Assembly (NCBI GenBank): GCA_010093995.1 | Contig: ML992502.1 | Span: 1,708,312 to 1,772,311, forward strand | Length of the DNA stretch: 64,000 bases | Direction: 5' to 3' | DNA from: Elsinoe ampelina | Lineage: Eukaryota | In this document: one piece after another, positions 50,095 through 63,323 of the stretch | Numbering within the stretch: position 1 is the stretch's first letter | How the letters are laid out: the number at the start of each line of letters is the position of its first letter | Notes under the pieces: model-generated | Told to the model about the DNA's origin: nothing | Database searches by the model: none | Seen by the model: the letters and a program-made list of their open reading frames with translations, nothing else | Position numbers and translations under genes: made by a program

Positions 50095-51752
50095 ATGGAA
50101 GACATCGCGCCAGAGTACGACGTGGTCGTCCTCGGAACAGGTCAGCGTCATTCAGACACTAACAACAATGGTTCACCCAACTGACCTTGACAGGCTTGAC
50201 GGAATGTATTCTTGCTGGGTATGCTAGGTCGCCTACTGGACAGTACGGGAGCTAACAGCGGTAGCGTCATGGGCGTCAAGGGAAAGAAGGTTCTGCATCT
50301 TGACAGGAACGACTACTATGGAGGGTGAGCAGGGCCCCAAGCGGATGGGGGAGTCAAGCTGACATGGACAGTGAATCGGCCTCGTTGAATATCGAGAACG
50401 TATGCGATGCAGTTGTGCTGATGCAGGAGATACACTGACACCATCCAGCTCTTCAAGAAGTACGGCAATGTCGCTCCAGGCAGTGAGCCGTGGAAGAAGT
50501 ATGGCCGCGTCAACGACTGGAACATCGATCTCGTTCCGAAGCTGCTGATGGCGAATGGAGAGCTCACCAACATTCTCGTATCTACGGACGTCACACGGTA
50601 CCTCGAATTCCGACAGATCGCTGGCAGCTACGTCCAGACAGGAGCAGGAACCAGGGCAAACGTCGCAAAGGTACCGTCGGATGCAGGCGAGGCTCTCAGG
50701 AGTCCTTTGATGGGATTGTTCGAGAAGAGGAGGGCAAGGAACTTCCTCGAATGGGTCGGCGCTTTCAAGGCGGAGGATCCGGCTACACACAAGGGTATGA
50801 ACATGTCGCAGACCACGATGAAGGAGGTTTACGACAAGTTTGGGCTTGAGCCAACAACCAGAGACTTCATCGGACACAGCATGGCACTCTACACGACCGA
50901 CGAATATATCACCTCGAAAGGAATGGCCCCAGAAGCTGTGGAGCGAATCAGGCTGTACGTCAACTCCATGGCCAGGTACGGCAAGTCACCTTACATCTAT
51001 CCCCTCTACGGTCTGGGCGAGCTACCACAGGGGTTTGCCCGGCTGAGCGCCATCTATGGAGGCACGTACATGCTCAACACCAACGTGGATGAAATTGTGT
51101 ACGAAGGCAACAAGGCAGTGGGCATCAAGGCTACCATGAAGGAGCGGGGCGATGAGGGTGAGGTCATGAAGTTTGAGACCAAGGCGAAGAAGATCCTTGC
51201 CGACCCAACATACTTCCCTGGCAAGGTACAGGTATCGGGACACCTCCTCAAAGCCATCTGTATCCTCAACCACCCTATCGACAAGACCGACAACCTGGAC
51301 TCGGTACAGCTCATTATCCCACAATCGCAAATCGGCCGCAAGAACGACGTATACATCGCCATGGTCTCCTCCGCGCATAACGTCTGCCCCAAAGGCTATT
51401 ACATCGCCATTGTGTCCACAATCGCAGAGACGGACAGCAACCACCATCTCGAGCTTGCAGCAGGATTCGAGCGATTGGGCAGGATCGAGGAGAAGTTCAT
51501 GGGGCCACCTATCCCGCTATACGAGCCTCTGGAGTCTGGTGTCAATGACAACATCTTCATCTCCAAGAGCTACGATGCAACGAGTCACTTTGAGACCACT
51601 ACAGGTAGATCCACCCGCATTCTGTGCACGATCTGAGTCAACGGCTAACTTTTCCAGATGATGTGAAGGATATTTACAGGCGGGCACAGGGTGAGGAGCT
51701 TGCTGTAGAAGGTCTCAGAGAGGACAAGACCTTCCAGATGGCCGACGAGTAA
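50095..51752 (+). CDS. GDI1: Rab GDP-dissociation inhibitor; exons 50095..50140, 50194..50218, 50265..50324, 50372..50399, 50449..51604, 51658..51752
   Basis: YDVVVLGTGLTECIL..KKVLHLDRNDYYGGESASL, WNIDLVPK, YGKSPYIYPLYGLGELPQGFARLSAIYGGTYML and SYDATSHFETT; all introns GT..AG with branch points. Confidence 0.97.
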
Positions 51753-51939
51753 TATGTGTCCCGTTCAGCATCGGTAGATTGGACCATTGGCGCCTTGAAT
51801 ATGAATCAAGTCTGCATTGCAACACTTTAGTCCTCTTCAATGAGATCAAGGCGACACTCGTCAGAAGGCTGCCTTGCCACATGATTGGCTGTTATTGATG
51901 GTCGCAGCAATAGAGTTCACTCACCCTTCGCTCCTTCTA

Positions 51940-52032
51940 TGACTCCTAGCTTTGCATGTGAAGGCAAATGACTCCTTCCTTTCCCTTCTGCCAAAATGCT
52001 GACTCATCCACTCATGTGAGAGGGTATATAAA
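51940..52032 (+). promoter_or_regulatory. U2 snRNA upstream region: three TGACTC(A) bZIP-type sites and a TATA box
   Basis: TGACTC at 51940 and 51969, TGACTCA at 52000, TATATAAA at 52025-52032, then a pyrimidine tract up to the U2 start. Confidence 0.55.
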
Positions 52033-52069
52033 TCCGCTCCTCCCTCCCTTCCTCTTCTCTTTCTTTCCT

Positions 52070-52262
52070 CAGCTTCTCTGCCGTTTAGGCTTAGATCAAG
52101 TGTAGTATCTGTTCTTTCCAGTTTGATCGCTGGAATGGGGACACGTTCCCCTTCTTACGTTCAACCTATTTTTGTCTCTCGCCGGCCTCCGACGGGCTTT
52201 TCGCTCGTCGTGGCTGGCACAGTGTCGCCAGTATTCGCACTGCCTCTGGCTGACGCAAAATT
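52070..52262 (+). ncRNA. U2: U2 spliceosomal snRNA (ends approximate)
   Basis: GCTTCTCTGCCGTTTAGGCTTAGATCAAGTGTAGTATCTGTTCTT matches the conserved U2 5' end, including the branch-site recognition GTAGTA (52102-52107). Stem IIa ttccag..ctggaa, Sm site ATTTTTG (52168-52174) and a 3' stem-loop IV-like CCAG-TATTCGCAC..CTGG. Confidence 0.96.
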
Positions 52263-52420
52263 CACTTTTCACTTTTCATCAGATGCTTGGCTTTGGGCTG
52301 AGTACTGGAGAAGAGAGCAGTAATAGTCAACATGTAGATAGACAGCTGCTCGATTATGCTGGTGCTCCTCCATGACTGTAATAGCTGCCTGAGTGATGCG
52401 GCTCTGCCTGGGCCCACTTT

Positions 52421-52435
52421 GCGCGCGCGTCGCGA
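52421..52435. promoter_or_regulatory. CGCG-rich (MCB/MBF-like) element upstream of SMC2
   Basis: gcgcgcgcgtcgcga about 110 bp before the ATG; function inferred only. Confidence 0.3.
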
Positions 52436-52541
52436 GAACCCCGGTAGATCTTTCCCCGCAAATAATGTCAGTGTTGACTTTGTGAAGTAAACAAAACCAC
52501 TTTGGCTCCCTGTGAATGCGCCGACGACAGCAGCAGGCAAG

Positions 52542-55500
52542 ATGAGGGTCATCGAAGTGATCATAGACGTGTGTCCGATTTCAGAGGAGCTTGTGTACTT
52601 GAGCTGACAACCTGCAGGGTTTCAAATCCTACGCCGTCCGAACGGTGATATCAGGATGGTATGCGCCTCGCAGCATGGCAAGACCACCTTCACCTCGATA
52701 CTGACGACCGCAGGGACTCTTCCTTCAACTCGATCACCGGCCTGAATGGGTCAGGCAAGTCCAATATCCTCGACTCCATCTGCTTCGTGCTCGGCATCAC
52801 AAACATGACCACTGTACGCGCCCAAAACCTGCAAGATCTCATCTACAAGCGCGGTCAGGCAGGCGTAACGAAAGCGTCCGTCACAATCGTCTTCGACAAT
52901 AGCGACAAGCCCAAGTCTCCAATCGGGTTTGAGGACTACCCCACCATCTCCGTGACACGCCAGATCGTCCTCGGTGGAACGAGCAAGTACCTCATCAACG
53001 GACACAGAGCGCAGCAGACGACAGTCCAGAACTTGTTCCAGTCAGTACAGCTGAACATCAACAACCCCAACTTTCTCATCATGCAGGGCCGTATCACGAA
53101 GGTACTCAATATGAAGAAGGAGGAGATTCTGGGTATGGTGGAGGAGGCGGCTGGAACGCGCATGTTCGAGGACAGGAGGGACAAGGCATTCCGGACAATG
53201 GCGAAGAAGGAGATGAAGGTGCAGGAGATACAGGAGCTACTCAAGGATGAGATTGAGCCGAAATTGGAGAAGCTACGAGGAGAGAAGAGAGCATTCTTGG
53301 ACTTTCAGCAGACTCAGAACGACCTTGAGCATCTCACGAGACTGGTCGTGGCGAGTGATTGGGTCAAATGCAGGGAGAGGCTGAGGAGTGGAGAGCAGGA
53401 GTTGCAAGAAAAGAAAGGAAGGATGGAGACGCTGCAAGGCAATGCGGACAAGCTCAAGGGCGAGATCGAATACCTGAAAGAGGACATGAAGAAGATCACA
53501 GCCGCGAGGGACAAGGAGTTGCGGAAAGGTGGGAAGTTTGCTGCGCTTGAGGAGGCGGTCAAGACGCATTCGCATGAGATGGTGCGACTTACGACAGTCC
53601 TCGATCTGAAGAAGTCAAGTATGGCAGAGGAGGAAGCCAGGTCAAAGGAATGCGCTGCCAATGTCAAGTCGCTCGAGAAGATATTGGCGCAGAAGCAAGC
53701 TACTCATGCAAAGCTCCAGCAAGGATTTGAGGCCACCGATTCCGAACTCCAGAAACTGCGGGCCGAGGTTGAGAAGAAGGAAGAACTGCTCCAGACACTT
53801 CAGACCGGTGTCGCTTCGAAGGAGGGACAGGAAGGCGGCTATCAAGGTCAATTACTCGACGCCCGGAATCGTGCTTCGGCCGCCGCAACGGAGCAGGAAC
53901 AAGCAAAGCTGAAGATCAGCCACTTTCAATCGCGAATCAAGGAGGACGAGCCTCGAGCGCGGAAAGCCGAGAAGGAGAATGCAACTCTACTCAAAGATCT
54001 GGATTCGTTACGATCGCACGCAAAGAGGATTGAAGCAGACCTCGCCAAGCTGGGATTCGACGGCGGGAGAGAGCAGGACATCTATGCCGAGCAGTCGCGA
54101 TTACAAAAGCGAATTGGCGAGCTGAAGACCCAAGCTGACGGTTTGAAGCGCAAGGTGGCAAATATCGACTTTACTTACTCGGATCCGACGCCGAACTTTG
54201 ACAGGAGTCGCGTCAAAGGACTGGTCGCTCAGCTGTTCACTTTGGACGAGTCGCATACCCGGGCTGGGACTGCACTAGAGGTCTGCGCCGGTGGCAGGCT
54301 GTACAATGTGGTCGTTGACTCGGCAGAGACTGGTACGGCGCTGCTTCAGAATGGCCGACTAAGGAAGCGAGTAACGATCATCCCACTCAACAAAATCTCT
54401 GCTTTCCGGGCGACTGCAGAGAAGATTGGCGCTGCTAAGAAGTTGGCCCCAGGCAAGGTCGATCTAGCGCTCAACCTGGTCGGATACGAGGACGAGGTCA
54501 ACGCTGCGATGGAGTACGTCTTTGGTAGTACGCTGGTGTGTGAGGACGCTGAGGCGGCGAAGAAGGTCACCTTCGACCCCAGTGTGCGTATGAAGAGTGT
54601 CACGCTTGAGGGCGATGTGTATGACCCCTCGGGTACCCTGTCAGGTGGCAGTGCTCCACAGAGCAGTGGGGTCTTGGTGGTTCTGCAGCAACTCCACAAG
54701 ATACAAAAGGAGCTGGATGGCGAGGAGAGGAAATTGCACGAGCTGCAAGGTCGCATGGCAAAGGAGAAGAGCAAGCTTGATGCGTCAAGAAAGCTCAGAC
54801 AAGAGCTCGACCTGAAGACGCACGAGATTGGTCTCGCTGAGTCGCAGATCAATGGCAACTCCAGCAGTAGCATCATCGCAGCTGTACAAGAGATGAAAGA
54901 AGCTGTCGACAAGCTTAAGGTGGTCATCACAGAAGCCAAAGCCAGACACGACGAAGCCTCGAAAGAGGTCAAGCGTATCGAGAAGGACATGGCCGACTTC
55001 AGCAAGAACAAAGACAGCAAGCTCATCGAGCTGCAGAAGGAGGTTGACAAGCTCAAGAAGAGCCTCACCAAAGAGTCTGCCGCCATCAAGCCTCTGCAAC
55101 AAGAAGTCCGCGACGCCATGCTCGACGCGGAGCAATGCGGTGCCGATCTTACGACTGCTCAAGAGTCCATGCAAGACATCTCGACCACCCTTGCCGCACA
55201 GAGCGAAGAGCTCGATGCCCTGACCAAGGATTTCGACTCCTCCAAATCCGAGCACGACCTCGCCACGGCCCAACTCGAAGACGAACGCGCCAAACTCAGC
55301 TCCTTCGACAACGAGCTCGCCGAGCTCGAGACCACCTCCTCCCGTAAGACCAAACAAATCTCCGAAGAAGCCCTCGAAGCCCAGAAACTCGGCCACCAAA
55401 TCGACAACTTCTCCAAACAACAAACCACCACCAAATCCCAACTCGACTCCCTCGAATCCGAACACGACTGGATCTCCACGGAAAACGAAATCTTCGGCCG

Positions 55501-56255
55501 CCCCGGCACCCCCTACGACTTTTCGGGGAAGAACATCCCGGAATGCAAGTCGAGGCTCAAAAGCATCAGCGAACGGTTCCAGGGCATGAAGAAGAAGATC
55601 AACCCCAAAGTGATGAACATGATCGACTCGGTGGAGAAGAAAGAAGCCAGTCTCCGCCAGATGATGCGCACCGTGATCAAAGACAAGGCCAAGATTGAAG
55701 AGACGATCGGCAGTCTGGACGAGTACAAGAAGGAGGCGCTGCACAAGACGTGGAGCAAAGTCAACACGGACTTTGGGAATATCTTCAACGAGTTGTTGCC
55801 CGGGAACACGGCGAGGTTGGACCCGCCCGAGGGAGGGGAGATTAGTCAGGGACTCGAGGTGAAGGTTTGTTTGGGGAAGGTGTGGAAGCAGAGTTTGACA
55901 GAGTTGAGCGGTGGGCAGAGGTCAGTTTGTTTCCCCCCCCTTTTTTGCTTTCACGGTTCCACCCTTTGTGCAATGGCTGATGGTGCTCAGGTCGCTGATC
56001 GCCCTCTCCCTCATCATGGCCCTCCTCCAGTACAGTCCTGCGCCAATGTACATCCTCGACGAGGTCGACGCTGCGCTGGACCTGTCGCACACGCAGAACA
56101 TCGGGAGGCTGATCAAGACGCGGTTCAAGGGGTCGCAGTTTATCGTGGTCAGTCTGAAGGACGGCATGTTTCAGAATGCGAACAGGATTTTCAGGACGAG
56201 GTTCGTGGATGGGACGAGTGTGGTTCAGGCGCTGACGCCGGCGGATTTGAAGTAG
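52542..56255 (+). CDS. SMC2: Condensin subunit SMC2; introns 52569..52617, 52659..52713, 55921..55990
   Basis: [43 protein letters not shown], hinge [17 protein letters not shown], signature LSGGQR|SL and Walker [12 protein letters not shown]. Confidence 0.98.
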
Positions 56256-56547
56256 TGACGGGGAAGAGGGAGGGGCTGGGGAAGTGAAAGACGACGGGGG
56301 GTGGTATAGTGCTTGTCATGGTGCGGGCGTTGGGGATATACCTTGATACCATGTTGTATGAGAGACGTTTTGAATCTTCACTGTGATGTTGGATGAGCAG
56401 ACAGTGGATGTCATCACGATTGCAGGTCCGGTGGGACGTTGAGCTGTGGTTTTGATCTTCCTTGCGTTCAGCTCCCGCGGGCATGTATGCATTTTTGCTT
56501 GCCTACTTGAGAGTATCTCGTATTCGTGTCATGATCGTGCTTGTGAA

Positions 56548-58512
56548 CTACGCAGAGCCCGGCTGTGTCGGTCCGTGACGCTGATCCAGATGGTCGTACT
56601 GTAGCACAAAGTCTCGCTGGAATGTCTTAGTGGCAAAGTCAAAGCGGGGCAATTGGGTAAACTCACGCGTTCCCTCCTCCAATTCATCGCGTCGAAGAAG
56701 ATGTACACGCCTCTTTCCGACCTCTCCGTCATCCTCACGGGCTGAGCCATACTCGAGTCCTTCATCATCCACTGTCTGAGCTCCTTGTGCCAGCGCCAGT
56801 CACGCGAATAAAGCTCTGCCGCGGCGTGTTCCTGCATGACGTCTCGAGTGAACTGATAGAAGATGGCGAAGAGGGTCTCGTCGGAGAAGTTGGCGATGCG
56901 CGAGCTGAGAGGTGGTACGTTGTGTACGCTGTAAGCAGTGGGAAGGGAGAAATCTGGTATCGCCGGCCGTGATGAGGCGTCCGCAAAGGGAGTGGTGAAG
57001 ATAGGGAAGAGTGGTTCGGCGCTCTCAAAATCAATGCCCAGGCTGTTGAGGTCCTGCCCCATGATTATGCCCGGAGAGCCTGATGTACGTCCCGGAAGCA
57101 TGGCCACAAGTCCTGGCAAGCTCCACTTTTCGTTGTCGTTGAGCTCTGATAGACGTCGACGACTTTGTGCTGATGGTTGTGACGCTGACGGACTTTCCAC
57201 CATCTGTGAGCCAAAGTCGACCCCCTGCTGAGACTGTTGCGCAGCATTCGGTTGGCCGACCGGTGCTTGACGAGATGCTGAGAAAGGACCATCTCGGAAA
57301 GGTAGCTGTTGTTGACCAAGAAGCTGATTGCTTGGCGTTCGATGCGATTCTATCGGGGATCGAAGACCTGAGAATTGTGAGACGGATACCTCAGCGTGTG
57401 CCAAGTGGCAGGACGTACCATCGACCGCTCCAGCACCAAAAGATTCCCCATCCACCTGCCCATTCACCGGGCCTCCAAAGGCACCTCCTCCGAGCCCGCC
57501 ACCCGCTATTACCCCTCCTCGGTCGTGCCTGACATCGCCATTCAGACCTTCCCCTAATGGTGGGAAGTCATCACCTCCGCTCAGCTGCTGATTCGGATTG
57601 CTTTCCGATCTTGAAGGTGCTGACGCTCTGTTGTCGAAGTTCTCGTCCAGATTCGAGCCGAATCCGAATGCCGCTTGCTGCTGCGCTTGTTGCTGTCGGG
57701 CAGCTTCAGTCTGCGGGGCAGCCCGCTGTACTGTGTTCTGTTGTGGAGTTTGGGTTTGCCGCAGCGCATTGCTATTCCAAGCTTGCGACATGGGGTTCTG
57801 ACTGTGCGCTTGAGGTCCGCCGGAGAGGGATGGGAATTCTCTTTAGGTCATGTCAGCTCTGTGTATCACCTCGAGAGTCTCGGCTCGTTGACTGAAAATG
57901 AACGTGTCCCTCCATCTCTACCATGCCCCGGCTCTTTCTCTACCAAGGACGTGACAAGTGTGAAATTCATGGGAGGTGTACGTACGACATGTCTAGAGAT
58001 GCTTGTGAAGCTCCGCCACCGCCAATAGCTTGCGCGAAGTTCGGTAACGTGTTCGTCCGCGACGGAGGATTCGAAAAGCCTGGTGCGCCGCCGAGTGGCA
58101 TGCCCGTCCCCCATCCTGTACTCCCTCCTGAGCTTGTCAGTATAGCCCTCCTACATGTGCGGAGATTCTGCTTGTACCCATCTTCCCGTTCGGTATCCTG
58201 TGGTTGGCCATTGGTTGCTGGCGGAGGTTGGTGGTTTGAGTTGCGAAGAAGTTCCCAGGCATGGACCGTAAGGACTGTGAGGTTGCTACGCCTGAGCTCC
58301 GGATTAGTCTGAGTCCTCGTCTCTCAGAATTTGCAGTCGAAGTGAGTAGCAGCGAGCGAGCAGTATACGGCTATAATCGAAGCGAGAAGCGATTGTGGGC
58401 CAAGGTCAACCCCACTCGACTGGGGAATTTGAAGTGGTTTTGTGAGGATGTGTATCGCGGCGGACTGTAGCTAAGTCATTCAAAGAGAGAGCGCCAGACC
58501 TTGTCTATTCAT
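56548..58512 (-). CDS. NOT2: CCR4-NOT subunit Not2 (Cdc36); introns 58292..58499, 58128..58177, 57841..57985, 57368..57418, 56617..56666
   Basis: NOT box: GQDLNSLGI..PDFSLPTAY..FSDETLFAIFYQFTRDVMQEHAAAELYSRDWRWHKELRQW..ERGVYIFFD. Spliced N-terminus MNRQ|GVATSQSLRSMPG..RIPNGKM|G..DMS|EFPSLSG. Confidence 0.93.
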
Positions 58513-58834
58513 AGCGGATTGATAGTAGGGAAGCGGAGGTGATTGATAGCGACTGATGAATAGGCAATTTCGCAGCTCAGCGTCGCGATTTGGAGATGAA
58601 GTTCAAGGACAATAGCCCTATTCGCGGGAGCTTATGGTTAGCCGGAGATCAAAGCTTGGCATCTCCTCCGCAAAATGGGTTCTCAGCGAGGCACGTGAGG
58701 TACATCAAAAGCATAGCGAAGCGGAACGTAGTCCGTTGGACGGACAATGCAAGGAGAATGTGGACACGACAAGGATGAGCACGGCACACGGGCTTGGGGT
58801 TCTCTGTGAAGAGGTATATACATGATGTCAGATA

Positions 58835-59457
58835 TCAGGTGGAGGACATCCTCTCTTTCGCCTCCATTCGTCTCCTAGCAGCCAATATCATTTCTTCTCT
58901 CCTCCTCTTGAATAGCTCCGACCGCTCTGTCTTGTTCTGAGACCAGCCGGTCTTCTTCGCCGCATCCGACTCGACTTGATCTGTGACAGCTGGAGTTTCG
59001 GCGGTCGTCACTTTCGAGGAGAGATTGTATCTGCTTATGAGATCTGGCAAGGGTGCCTTTGCTTGCGGTTGTCTTGTAGTAGAGGATCCTTGATTAGGTG
59101 TGGATGTCGGTAACTGTGGTTGGAAAGAAGGAGGAGGCTGCTTCACTATCAGCATCAAGCACATGATTCGGAGTATATGATGAGACTAACCTGCACCAGC
59201 GTTCGCCCTCCCAGTACTCTCTCAGTGGTTGCCTGCACACTGCCTCCGTTTTGTTGAAGGTCCCATGCTATACTTCGTCGATCGAGTTGTGGAAACATTT
59301 GATGTATCTGCTCCACGTGCGCCGGATTGATCTGCCGCCGACCACGTGTACTACCGGAGGCCTGTGATCCAGAAGATGACAGGAGCCATCTGATCGCTAG
59401 AAATCCCACCAAGATGACGGCTATAATCTGTGGGAGGTTGAGCGTCTGCTCCGCCAT
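58835..59457 (-). CDS. ER-anchored CUE-domain protein (Cue1/Cue4-like); intron 59138..59190
   Basis: N-terminal TM, CUE motif VEQIHQMFPQLDRRSIAWDLQQNGGSVQATTERVL, PDLISRYNL and a C-terminal Ubc7-binding-like ERSELFKRRREEMILAARRRM. Confidence 0.88.
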
Positions 59458-60126
59458 TTTTGTTGGATGTTGTTCGCTTCAGAAGTTGCCAGGTCCGTGA
59501 GTCCAGAATTACACCAGGTTTCGATAATTGATCTCGCAAGGTGTTGGGAAGGGCGAACGAAATCAGAGTGGTCTCAGTGGATGGCCTTGATATTATGCGG
59601 AGGTGGAGAGTTCATAGTCGTCGAGAAGATCTGCAGATGGAGGTCAGAGTTTCGGGCTTTGCCGGACTTTGCATGGGGCGGACCCTGAGGCACTGGCATC
59701 ATAGTACCTGCCCTCTTGTACCTTTAGGCAATCCACAACGACAACCACATGACTGCTTGCGGTACCATAACGTCAGACATCTTCGATTACTACAATCATT
59801 GAGTCCAGCATAGAATCAAGACCGACAGAACATCTGCTACCGGCAAAGTCGCTCACTTATCCTACCAAGTGCCCCGCATCTGGACAGAACCGAGCGGTGT
59901 TCACCCACTTGCTATCGATTCGAGAGAAGCTGTAGGCTGCTGGCCTGCTTGACAGCACCGAGGGTCGAAACGAAATCCCTCTGATCGATTACTAGAAGGT
60001 TTTTCGGTCTCCGGGCAAGAGCTGGACAGTCAAGAGACACAGCCAGTGTCAGGTCCTCCTTAGGACACGTACAGAGAGGTCGCGGTGGACGGACAGGGAC
60101 GATAGCCTTGATTGCCTACGGGCAAG

Positions 60127-60507
60127 ATGGGTCTGTCATATAACGTCTACCTCAACGCCAAGCGCATATACGGCTGCAAGACATGTAAAACACACCTGGC
60201 CGATCATGACGAGATAGTATCCCGGGTAAGGAGGACTGCACACAGTCGCCGAAGCACCTGCTAACAATCTCAGAACTTCCGTGGCCAGCACGGCAAGGCG
60301 TTCCTCTTCAATACGGTGGTCAATGTGATAGCTGGAGAAGCCAGCGATCGCAACATGACAACAGGCAAGCATGTTGTGCGAGATATCAGCTGTAAGCAGT
60401 GCAAAGAGGTGGTTGGCTGGAAGTACGACAAGGCATATGAGCAGTCCGAGCAGTACAAGGTTGGCAAGTTCATACTGGAGGCAGAGCTGCTTGCCAACGT
60501 GAACTGA
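60127..60507 (+). CDS. Yippee/Moh1 zinc-binding protein; intron 60226..60273
   Basis: MGLSYNVYL..YGCKTCKTHL..IVSR|NFRGQHGKAFLF..RNMTTGKHVVRDISCKQC..VGWKYDKAYEQSEQYKVGKFILE. Confidence 0.94.
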
Positions 60508-63323
60508 AATTGCATGAGAAGTAGCGGAGGGTATAGGAAGGCGGCGTGCTGTGTGAGTGGTTACAGGCCTGCTTGAGATGGAGTGGTACTTGTCCTCAAG
60601 CAGTCGAGGCAGACTATTTCCCTAACAGGATAAATATCAATACTTGCGCTGAATCTATTGCTTCTGCTCGGTCATCTCTCGCCGGGCTGCATAGTCACGA
60701 ACAAAGAATCATCACAGGCGACCACAAATACCTACCTCATTGTGCAGGTAAACGGCTTGGTCAGGCGGCTGTCTCAGACGCAACGCGAGGATCATTAATC
60801 GTGCGTCATTGTGTGTCGATTTCAAAGTCTCGCTGAGAAGTCGAATCAAGGCAGTCGAACCACTTGGCCTTTTACCAGCGGCCCACAGCGGACACCTGTC
60901 CAACAATGTCGTCAGCGGAGCATGTTAGCGACCTAGAGCATCCGCTGCGAAACTCGGAAAGAATCACTTCGGCCACCGTATCCACTATAGCAGCAATATA
61001 TTCGATATGAAGACCAGCCTACCAGGCACGTTCTCTTCACCATTGGCCAGCAATAGACATGTTCGGATCATCGAACCGCAAGCTTCAAGCCACGGGAAAG
61101 TAGCTTGTCCACCAGGCCATGACCGAGCTCCTCCCTTCCGATATGGCATGCCCGATGCGGCATGGTCACGATACGGCACCAACTTTGGGAGTGGAGGTGG
61201 CTGACTGTGGCTTGGACTATGGCCTCAAATTGACGATCAAGGACACCAGGGGAACCGGTCTCCGTCCCAGGATAGCTCGTGCTAGAATCGTAGGCCTGCC
61301 TGATGGTCAACAGCGGGCCATGTCCTGCCTGCGGATATCAAGGCACAGGTACATCGGACATTTCTCGAGGTACGCGGTCAAACACTGATCAGCATGCGTG
61401 CGGAGTGATCTCCCGCCGTCTGCCGCCAACGTAGAAGAGCCGTCTCGAAAGGGAGGCATGGGTGGGGTGATTTGCAAACAATTGATGGGAGCCAAGGCGA
61501 TTGTTCGTCGATCGCGCTCGTCCCAGAAACGTGCAGTAAACTATCATGCGAGCCTGGAATCTACAATTTTCTAGGACATCTGAGCGTCGAGACGCGCGCA
61601 GGAACCATGCATGAGCATCAATGCTGTTGGTGCGGCACGGGCAGGTTCAAGGCAAAGCCCTCATCTCGATTCCTCTTCGACATCTGACTAGTCGGGGCAT
61701 GAGATTGTGGTCAATGGCAGAAGCCTCCCGCGAGGTCCCTTCAACTTTTTTTTTCCACGAGCAATTACAACGGGAGGCGGGTTCACCTTGTCTGGTTCGC
61801 ATTTGCTGTTTGTACCGGTCATTCGCTACCTTGCGTGAAATGCGGAGTCGAATGCCCTAATTGAGTTTGATGCTAATAACGATGGCGCAACCCAGGTCCG
61901 TGTGTTTCTGCAGGAGGGGGAGGACCTCGCGCGCTGTCGAAAGATGCCGCAGGAACGTCCGAAGCTCCAGCTGGCTCCACAAAGGATCCAAGGGGGGTCA
62001 CCAGTCGAGGCATTTACGTTTGGCCGCGGACGGAGCAGCCGACATTCCTGGAGACTCTGGCGGGTCAGTCATTATCGGCGACAATCAACAATCAAGCTCT
62101 CCAGCCCTGATCAGCGACAAGTCGAACGCTGGCCGTGCACCCAAATCTCACAAGCAAGATGAGCAAAAGCAGCAGGGAGCTGATGTGATGGCTGACGATC
62201 GCAAACGAGCAAGCCAATGTGAAACCCGCACGACCAACGGGCAATCGACTCGTGATCGATTCTTCTGAGCCACTGGAGCGGGCGCGGCGGGTCATGCACA
62301 CCACTTGGGCCCTCAATAGCGTAACCGGACCTTTTGTCTCTCCTCTGCCTGCTCCACATGTCGAGTCACGATGGCTTGACAGATTACCGCACTTGATCAC
62401 GGGTCTCTGTTCGGGCCACGAAACACTTGCGCTGAAGGATTGCTGGCTCCAGGGCAATGGGTAATGGCTGCACGGCATCATATTGCAGCCTCTCGTGGTA
62501 CAGTAGTACAGAAGAGGGGTGTCTGCTGGTTCCAGCCGCACGCTGATCTGGCAACTTTTTTTTCTCTTTGGGAAACAATTGTTCTCGCCCGGTAGCATCC
62601 TCAATTGTACCTGCGCCTGGCGGCCGTTGGAGAGCACGAGCACTATCAATTGCGTCTCCCTTAATCACCTGCCGAGTAACGAGCGAAGAAACGACAACGG
62701 ACACCTCTCGAATCTCCTCTCAATCAGGTACCTTCGCTTGCTATAGGCTGCCTTATCGCTCGTCTGTTTTTGTACCGCCCGTCGTTTTCCCCGCCCGATC
62801 CTTGGAGGCGAGAATTATTTGGACCAGCGCCAATCGCCGGACCACGCACAGATACGGCCAATTGAGACAGCTGCACGCTCCGGAATTTGTGGCACAAACA
62901 AGCAGCTGCTAGGGAGCAAGCCAGACTGCCTCTGTGCGTTCTCGCTCTGCCTGCTCACACAATCTACTCGCCCGACCCCACGAAACCTTCCCCTGCCGCT
63001 CTAGCTCTCCGCCCTCCTTCACAACTCCGAGAGACATTTTTGGTTGTCTCTTCTCATTCCTTGACCTTCCTTCTACCTTCGACATTCGCTGCTTGCCTGT
63101 TGTGCGTGTTTGCTTACCAACCTCGAGGTCAGTACGGACCTGGGCTAGTCAGATGATCGCCCGCTGATTCAAAGGCAACCAGGCTTTCGTCAAACTCTCG
63201 GGGCTACGCGCGGAGAGGCTGTGTATTATTCAGTCAGCCTACCACCTGGGGATCTGCAACTTTTTTTTGGACCTCACAGTCAAGCATTCCGCTCGTTCAC
63301 CTGTTGGATTACTCTGTCACACA

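Noticed and set aside
54346..55744. Long antisense ORFs within SMC2
   Set aside because: Explained by codon bias of the sense gene.
52661..56287. ORF-track start and end for SMC2
   Set aside because: Both ends run through introns; replaced by the spliced model 52542..56255.
57841..57985. snoRNA or micro-exon in the 145-nt NOT2 intron
   Set aside because: No canonical C box; the micro-exon model leaves a 29-nt downstream intron, too short for this genome.
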